Assembly (NCBI GenBank): GCA_003344405.1
Contig: NOWV01000019.1
Coordinates: 62,001 to 126,000, forward strand
Origin: Trichoplax sp. H2
Lineage: Eukaryota
DNA: 64,000 nt
Direction of reading: 5' to 3'
Below the pieces are notes generated by a model. The model did not search any database, had not been told where the DNA came from, and worked only from the letters and a program-made list of their open reading frames with translations. A program made the position numbers and the translations under genes. Shown here piece by piece: positions 55,829-64,000 of this stretch (positions within the stretch are counted from its first letter, which is position 1; the number at the start of each line of letters is the position of its first letter).

Positions 55829-58800
55829 ATGCTTCCCACGGTCAAGAATATGCCGTCAGCTTCCGTTTCCATTTTTCGCTCGGAAGAAATGACATTAGCG
55901 CAACTCTATCTGCAAGCAGATGCCGCTTATAACTGTGTTAGCGCATTAGGTGAATTGGTAAGTCAACACTTGACCATAAACAACTTCTACCGAGTAGGAT
56001 TTTTGTCCTTGATACAGAAAGAGGATACAGCGTTGCTAATGATAGCAAAATAAGAGTAGTCTATTCTACGGCTAAATAGGAATAAAAATAAATAAAAATA
56101 TGCAAAGGCCTGAACAGAATACGACTTCTCAGTAAGATTCTAATAAACTCCAAATTAACCCGACATGGATTGACCAAGGAGTTCTATCGGTCCATAGACG
56201 GTGCTGAGTGTTCCACTCCCTTCAAGAGTACCCTAGTATCCATGAAATGAATCGAACCTTCAAGAAAGGCACTGGCTTCCTGTAGACGTACGGATTCAAC
56301 ATCGATCCGCTCAACAATTTCATCATTTACGAAGCAGTCATGGCATTAGTTCTTAGAGCGGAAGAGGATAATTCCAGTTATACTTCAAAAAACTAGGAGA
56401 CAGTGCTGTGTATCCTTAGTTTTTTCTGTTATTGATGCAAGGGTTAGTGCAGTTTTATCACATCGATCCCATCGCGACATGGGTAGGACCCATACACTGT
56501 ACTGTACAAGTGTATACATACGCGTAGATCCCTTGGGGAATTCACTGTCCAGTAATTCAAACTGATCAATGTTGCTTTTACAGTTGATACAATCCTATAG
56601 AGCTATTCGGGTTGTCATCTAGCAGTAGATGCAATCTTAATTTTATAATTAGTTATACTAACGTGCGTAAACATCATAGCGCCATTAACACTGATCTGAT
56701 ACTGTCGATTTTCTACAGCGCAGTAATTGATAGTCAATAACGCAAATTCTACTATATCAGTAAACATAAAAGGTGTTCGATGGATGAGGCTCGTTTCTTT
56801 GTACATATGCGTATAATGACTTTCTTAAATGACAAATTGTACGATTACTTATTACTCGAATTAGTCGACGTCTGGTCATTTTCAAGAGATGCCTACGTCT
56901 TACTGCATACATGGACAGTTGTACACGACGGTATTTCTTTCTTCTTCAATCAGGCGCAAGAGAAGATGATTGAAGACTTTTTATAACATAATAAATACCC
57001 CCTCTATTTCCCTAACAAATCATCTAGAGTAGACATTAGTCCAAAGTAAACCATCAAGTCTGTTTTATTCCACAAACTTTTAATGAAGTCCTAATCAACT
57101 TTCCCTTGTCTTGTCCGTCGAGTGTTGAGAAAAAGTTGTCTGTACGTCGGTCAGATGTCCGACGCATTGTCACGTGAATGACATGACGACCTTTTCCAGG
57201 CCTCATCGCAGTCGCCTATACAGTTTCTTCTTATTTGCAGTATAGTATGATACACAACCATTCCATACTGTAGTGGACGGTACGGAAAGCCCGGACGTAC
57301 TTCGATTGTTGACATCGGCCATTGGATTGGCAAAGCTGAATTTTAATGCCAATCGATTACTAGACCTGATGGATGGGCAATAAATTGTACAGTAGCAGGT
57401 AGAAAGATCCCTCAGGAGGACTCATTTCCTACATTGAGATTGCTGACATCGGCAACTCGAATTCTAAAATTGACGGACAACTTGAAACTTTCAATTTTAA
57501 TTTCATTATAATAGGCTAGACGTGCACATGCTAAATTGCCCATTCAATGATACCAGCTTTCATATGAAAATGGAAGTCATAGCTAATAACGTGAGCAGTT
57601 TCCATTCCAACGACCTACGTGTAGTCGACTTACAGCTGATGCTGTAGCTAGATTAGCTGCAAATAGAGCTAGTGAAGAGTCTGTATTCTTGGTGTGAGCA
57701 TAAACTAAAAAGTTAGTAATATTAGTCCTTTACTGTGAGGTTATTTTCCATGGGCTAAAAAAATTGTATACACAGTTTTGTCATTCAAATTCAATTTTTA
57801 TGATAGTAAAAGATTACGATCTGAATGTAACATGACAGCTACTGTAGTAAAGTAACCATTTTTCATTCTAACGAGTTGAGCGAAAGCTGCTAGTGCAGCA
57901 AACGAAATCGTAATACAAACGATAGACAATATCTGCTAGCATCCCCAATATAGAGAGCAGTATTATAATAGCTAATAAACTGTTTGTCTAATAACTTACC
58001 GAAATCATGCTAATACAGCATTCCAATCAACTTGCTGTAAATGAAAATTGTAGCATGATATAAGATGAAATACAGGTGTACAATATTATTTCACGAAATG
58101 TCTGCTAACTCGCCCTGATGCATTTCCTGGAGTGAATGCTATGTACAATTTGGGAATGTTACACAGGAGTAGCGTATGTAGTCTCTGAAATGCATATTAA
58201 CGGCAGCCTATTCAATGATCAAATAGTATATACATCCAAGTATTGCCATATTCGTTCTAATGCATGTTGGAACCAAGAATATATGCAGTATAGCCCATAG
58301 GGTTGTATATCATAAAAGAAGTGGATCACATTTTGCTACACCGCACCACAATGGAATGGAGTACTGTATCATCCTGCCTAGCACGATCAGTACTGTATTA
58401 CTTTTCGACTGCTGTTGATTGTACAATAGTAATCAAGGTTAAAAACAAACTTTAAGCTATTAAGACAGAGAAGTAAACTTGTTAGCCATGAATCACATAT
58501 TTTAGCTGTCAGCTGTGAGTTCACTTAAAGGGGACATTTTCTATGTTGATAGCATCTATACATGTAGGATTATCTTTTAGGTTTTCATGTACAAGTATTG
58601 TTTCCTATTCTGTATTTTAAAAATAATTCCAAGACTAAATTCAATTATCTTATACAGTACTTGTATTATCTTGTAAATTTTAATTTACAAATATGATGTC
58701 TCTTACTTTAAAATGAATTAATGATTAAATTTTTTTCATAGGGAGCCGTCCATTTTCGCGATGTAAGTACACCAGATAAGCAAGAAAGTATTAACTCGGT

Positions 58801-61800
58801 TACAGATCTGATAAACAACGATTGCCCTTACAGCATAATAAACTGGCGTTACAAATTCTCATGGCTATCAGACAATTATACTGTACAAGAGTTTAGTCGG
58901 CTGATGATACTTGAAGATAAACTATGAAAGAGATACGATTTGATATGATGCAGGACAAACTTATTCGAACAACAGTGCAGTAGCATAGATTTCGATAAAA
59001 TTTAACCAGGCGCGCCTTACCGAATGCTCTCCTGTGTGATAAATTGTTAAAAGATAGTATTGAAACTAGTTTAAAGCATTCGTTAGAGTAGCATAAAGGA
59101 ATGCTACGCTTGTCCTAGTTATTTGATTCCAGTCTTACAATGCGTACTATCAATGTCAGTTGGCTGCAAAGATTTCTTTAACTTTATCTGACTGGTTTTG
59201 AACCCCAATAGTTAAATCCAGATATCAATGCTTTCCAACGCAAATTTGTATCAGAAGTGCGACGATGTGAAGATATCGAGCGGCAAATTAGTAAGTAAAG
59301 GACTACATTTGAGAACTGGCTGTACGGAACAAACAAAAATTGATTTCTTACTTGACTTATGGCCATACTCACTACTTACAAATGATGGAATTCGCGAAAT
59401 CAGAAATGTTATAATAATATCAATCCGGTGTAAAAAGTTTACGTTACTACTGTCTACTATCACAAAAATTCATATCATTTCTTAATGTAGTAGTTGAATA
59501 TCGATGTAGCAAGATTTACAGCGTTTCATTTACAACAGCATAGGTTATCTCATGGGATGACATTATAGCTATGTTACATCTTTCATTCGCTATATTTTGT
59601 TCTTTAAGAAGGATTTACTAATGAATGGATCATCGTTGCTATTATTTAATATCCGAATTTACTCGTATTTTACCGTCGTTTTCATACGGATAGATATGCT
59701 CATTTTCGTACTAAACAAAATATTTTTCTCAATGTTATCGCAGGATTCCTTATGAAGGAAATGCAGAAAGCAAACGTAGTCCCTGATAAATGTACTGAAA
59801 TTCCATCGGCTCCGCTGCCACAAGAATTGTTCCAGATGCAGGTAAGCAACTATTGCATAATTATTAAGACAAGCTTAACTAAAAACCGGAAAATTATCGA
59901 CAGTCCTTATAGTACTTAAGCGCAAGGTACGATATGCACCAATGTTTTGATATGTTACCATTACTATTAGACGCAATTTATGAAATACGAAACTGATCTC
60001 AAGCAAATCAATAACAACTACGAAACTCTAGCAAGACATGAACTTGAATTGCAAGAATTAGACGTTGTTCTTTGTATGGCACAGGCCTTTTTTAACGATG
60101 TAAGAATAACTGTCTTAATACTCTTTATAAATTGTGGTAAATTCTAGAAAAATAACTGCGTAACTGGTATTGTATTTGGTTTTACGTATGATTACAGATA
60201 GTTGTAAAAGAATTATTGAATTAGTCCGTGTTATATTCCATGTTGCAACAGTTAGACTATTATAGGATATTTACGCATTATAGAATTGTAAGGCAATATT
60301 TGTAATTTGATTAGCCACAATCTGTAGCGATGGCCGAAATCGTAGAAGAAGCAGTTGAAGACTTAGACGAAGGAACTGCATTGATAAATATTCAGTCCAC
60401 AGATAAAGCGAAGCACTTAAAGTAAGTATGATCAAATTATATTCTTATGACGATGCACCTTATGTCAATAAATCTCTTGTTACGCCGGTAAGAATTTTCC
60501 AATTTTTTTATTAAGCTTCATATGTGGTACCATTCGGAATGATCACAAGTTCGCATTTGAAAAGCTTCTGTGGCGAGTTTGCTTAGCGAACGCTTTCGTT
60601 CGAATATCAGAACAAGACTACTTAGTTGAGGATCCAAAATCAGTATGTATCAATGTCATTCCAGTTATATATCCAACATACAAACGGTTAAAAATATATG
60701 CTTTTGCTCATATATCATTTTGCTTTATTTAAAATAGGGTGAATCGATTTGGAAATCTACCTTTATCATATTTTTTCAAGGCGACCGCTTAAGAAAACGA
60801 ATAGAAAAGATCTGTGATGGGTATATTGACCGCCAGTCATTCTCTGCATCAGTTTATTACTAGGATAACTAACTACTGTATTGCTAAATTTACTTAGAAT
60901 GACCGCTACATTATATCCTTGTCCTGATGATGCTAACAAACGACAAGTTATAATTCAAGGCCTGGCTACTAGACTAGAAGATGTACGACAAGTCCTAAAA
61001 CAATCCAAGGATCATCAGGTTAATCTCTTAACTGAAATCTCTCACTCTGTCGAAGAATGGTTCATAAAGGTAGATATCTATTTCAATATAGACTGATCAC
61101 CCTGTAATATATATATATATTAATTGATCGAATTTACTTTTCAATGAATATCAATAGATTAGAAAAATGAAGGCAATATTCCATACCCTGAATTTGTTCA
61201 ACGTGGATGTTACACAGAAATGTCTTATTGCAGAATGTTGGTGTCCAGTTTTTCAACTAGCTGACATTCAAAATGCTTTACAAAGAGGATCCGTAAGTAT
61301 ACATACGAGTTCACTCACAATCTAATTTAGCTGTCTAGCTTTATCATCACCCAGTTCTTACACAAAATCTTGTTGACTATGGCAAAAAAATTTGTTATTT
61401 CTATCTAGGAGAGGAGTCAGTCAAGTGTGCCTTCAATATTGCATCGCATCAGAACCGAGGAGAGTCCTCCAACCTATCACAGAACAAATAAATTCACTAC
61501 TGCTTTTCAAAGTATCGTTGACGCTTATGGCGTTGCTGACTATCAGGAAGTAAATCCAGGTTGGTCTTTAATTTAGATGACTAGTAATTACCTCATATTT
61601 TAAAGACACACCTGTTGAAAATCTCTGTTCTTTATTTTTATTTCAGCTTTATATACAGTAATTACTTTTCCATTTCTTTTCGCCGTAATGTTTGGGGATT
61701 GCGGCCATGGCCTCTTAATGTTTCTATTTGCTGTTTGGCTTATCTATCGCGAGAAAAAATTTATGAAGGAATCGAATGGAGAGGTATAAAGTCTTACTAG

Positions 61801-63946
61801 GCTTTGCATTTATATAAAAGGTGGCATTCTCTGCAATCTAATAAGCCATTGTTTACATTTTCTTTTCGAAGTATTTCGATATATTAACTCGAAATAGCGA
61901 CATTCCATTCAAATAGAGCGCTTTTTCTTTGATACTAGATGTTTGATACTATTTTTAATGGACGGTACGTGATCTTGTTAATGGGCGCTTTTGCAATTTA
62001 CACTGGATTAATATATAATGACGTTATGTCCAAATCCTTGAACATATTTGGCACTGGCTGGATTTTCCCGAAGGACTTGTATTCGTAAGTTACGAATGAA
62101 GATTACTCCTGTACTATGCTTTTCTCTTACTAATTGCAAGCGTCTGTAACAAACGTTTCATATTCTTTAGGGCTGAGGTTATCAATAATACTAAACAAAT
62201 TGCAATGCCTCCCGATAAAACATTTTCCGGAAGTCCTTACCCATTTGGAGTTGATCCTGTATGCGCTTTAAACAGTTCTTAAGGCCAAATCATTACTGAA
62301 ATAACAGTTACTTTTATCGCATATAAACGATTATACCCGTATTATCTATTTACAAGTGTTTTCTCACTAATTTCCTTGTCTATCTTTCAGATTTGGCAGC
62401 TGGCACTTAATAAGTTGACATTCTTAAACTCGTTTAAGATGAAGCTATCGGTGATTTTAGGCATTACTCATATGCTGTTTGGTGTTATCCTTAGCCTGTT
62501 TAACCACGTGTAAGTAGAAAAGTTGGTTTACTTATTTTTTTCATTTCTGCTAGTAATTGCAGTAGTATGACATATATAACTACTCTATCCCTCTTGGCTG
62601 CTTTTAAATTTCTATACCATTTCTAAACTTATTATTTGATGGTTTATTTTGCACAGATACTTTAAGAATCGTGTCAACATTGTAATGGTATTCATACCTG
62701 AGGTACAGTAATATTCGGTATCAGACCAGAACTATATCCCTTTTTCTAATACCTATTATTAACCGAAATACCTGCGTCATTAGGTGATATTTCTGCTATC
62801 CATATTTGGTTACTTGGTGATAATGATCTTTTACAAATGGTGTATTGTTACCACTTTCTCTAAAAGGGTAAGCAGATAAATTAATTTTATAGTTATTAAA
62901 GATTTAGGCTTCTAAGAATCTATCATATGGACTTGTTTAGAAACCAAGCTTATTAATTACACTCATAAACATGGTATTAAGTATTGGAACCGTGAAAAAA
63001 GATCAGCAACTGTATACGGGGCAGGTATGAGGAAGTTTAGTGATAGATAATAGAATTTAGAATTTAGAATTTAGATGACATCTTGTCTTCGTTTTCACTT
63101 TAATAGGCTGGCGTACAAGTATTTTTAGTTGTTTTGGCCGTTATATGCGTACCATGGATGTTGCTTGGTAAACCCCTATATCTTTACTATCGTCACAAGC
63201 ATGTCTATAAGCGCTCAGGGGTACTTATAATTTGATTATTCTCATATTAATGGTTAAATTTTCAATTTAGATTAAATGTTAATGCATTATTGCAGAATTA
63301 TTCTTTAATCAATGACAACACTGCAATAAACGACGATGATCCTCTATTAGATGAACAACCCTCCGAAGAAGCAGCTGAAGTACGTTCTCACATTTTGTAA
63401 ACGTTGTGTGTCAAATGATCAATCTTTTTACTTAGATTTTTTATATCTTGCAGCCGATTGGTAACGAATTTGAATTTGGTGAAATTTTTATAAACAATGC
63501 CATCCATACTATTGAGTACGTGCTGGGATGCATATCGAATACTGCGTCATATTTACGATTGTGGGCTTTAAGTTTAGCTCATGCAGGTAAACGCATCATT
63601 TGCTATAATTATTTTATATGGATTGTTCAATAGACGTTTACTCAATTTTTGTAATGTTAACTTGTAATAGAGTTATCTGAAGTATTGTGGAACATGGAAA
63701 TTAGCAAAATTATTAATTTAAAGATAGGACATGCAGGAGCCTTTGTTTTGTTTGGCGCATTTGCTGGATGGGCAGGTCAATATATAGTAATTAAATACTA
63801 ACGATAAATAATGCACCATGTCATCATTGAAGGATATGTCTTGTTTATGTTGGAAATTGTTACTACGCTTTTATAGGCAGTACAGTAGCAATCCTATTGG
63901 TAATGGAAGGCTTATCTGCTTTTTTGCATGCCTTACGATTGCACTG
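55829..63946 (+). CDS. ATP6V0A: V-type H+-ATPase V0 subunit a (116 kDa), 3' end outside window
   Basis: Exons 55829 (or 55850)-55957 ([30 protein letters not shown]), 58742-58762 (GAVHFRD), 59212-59290 ([20 protein letters not shown]), 59744-59841, 59971-60099, 60315-60421, 60516-60642, 60739-60820, 60899-61069, 61158-61292, 61389-61559 ([22 protein letters not shown]), 61647-61783 ([15 protein letters not shown]), 61940-62084, 62171-62258, 62391-62509, 62657-62702, 62784-62867, 62941-63024, 63108-63220, 63296-63379, ~63454-63586 ([28 protein letters not shown], with the essential Arg), 63671-63775, 63877-63946 ([15 protein letters not shown]). Confidence 0.96.
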
Positions 63947-64000
63947 GTAAGCATATCAATAACCTAATATGTTTGTTAACGTAAATGCTTAATTTAGAAA

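Overview
AT-rich (~32% GC by eye), intron-dense eukaryotic DNA with short GT-AG introns. The style fits a compact early-branching animal genome such as the placozoan Trichoplax (inference). Five spliced genes can be rebuilt by hand. They are the 3' part of MCTP (+, 15-5503), TNFAIP8/TIPE (-, main exon 8571-9145), a large unidentified coiled-coil gene (-, 34627-47257), UTP15 (-, 49781-53778) and V-ATPase V0 subunit a (+, 55829 to beyond the window). UTP15 and the V-ATPase gene are divergent across a GC-richer spacer full of TGTACA/CAGTAC palindromes, a perfect hairpin, and CLEAR-like and CRE sites. The main surprise is the ~25 kb apparent gene desert (about 9.9-33 kb). On the + strand it keeps yielding cadherin-repeat motifs (e.g. 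IDINDN, LDVNE, QVDDNGIP) broken by stops and frameshifts. This suggests a fossil giant cadherin gene lying antisense to the TNFAIP8 5' region and interrupted by many local tandem-repeat families. All calls are from manual reading; no searches were run.
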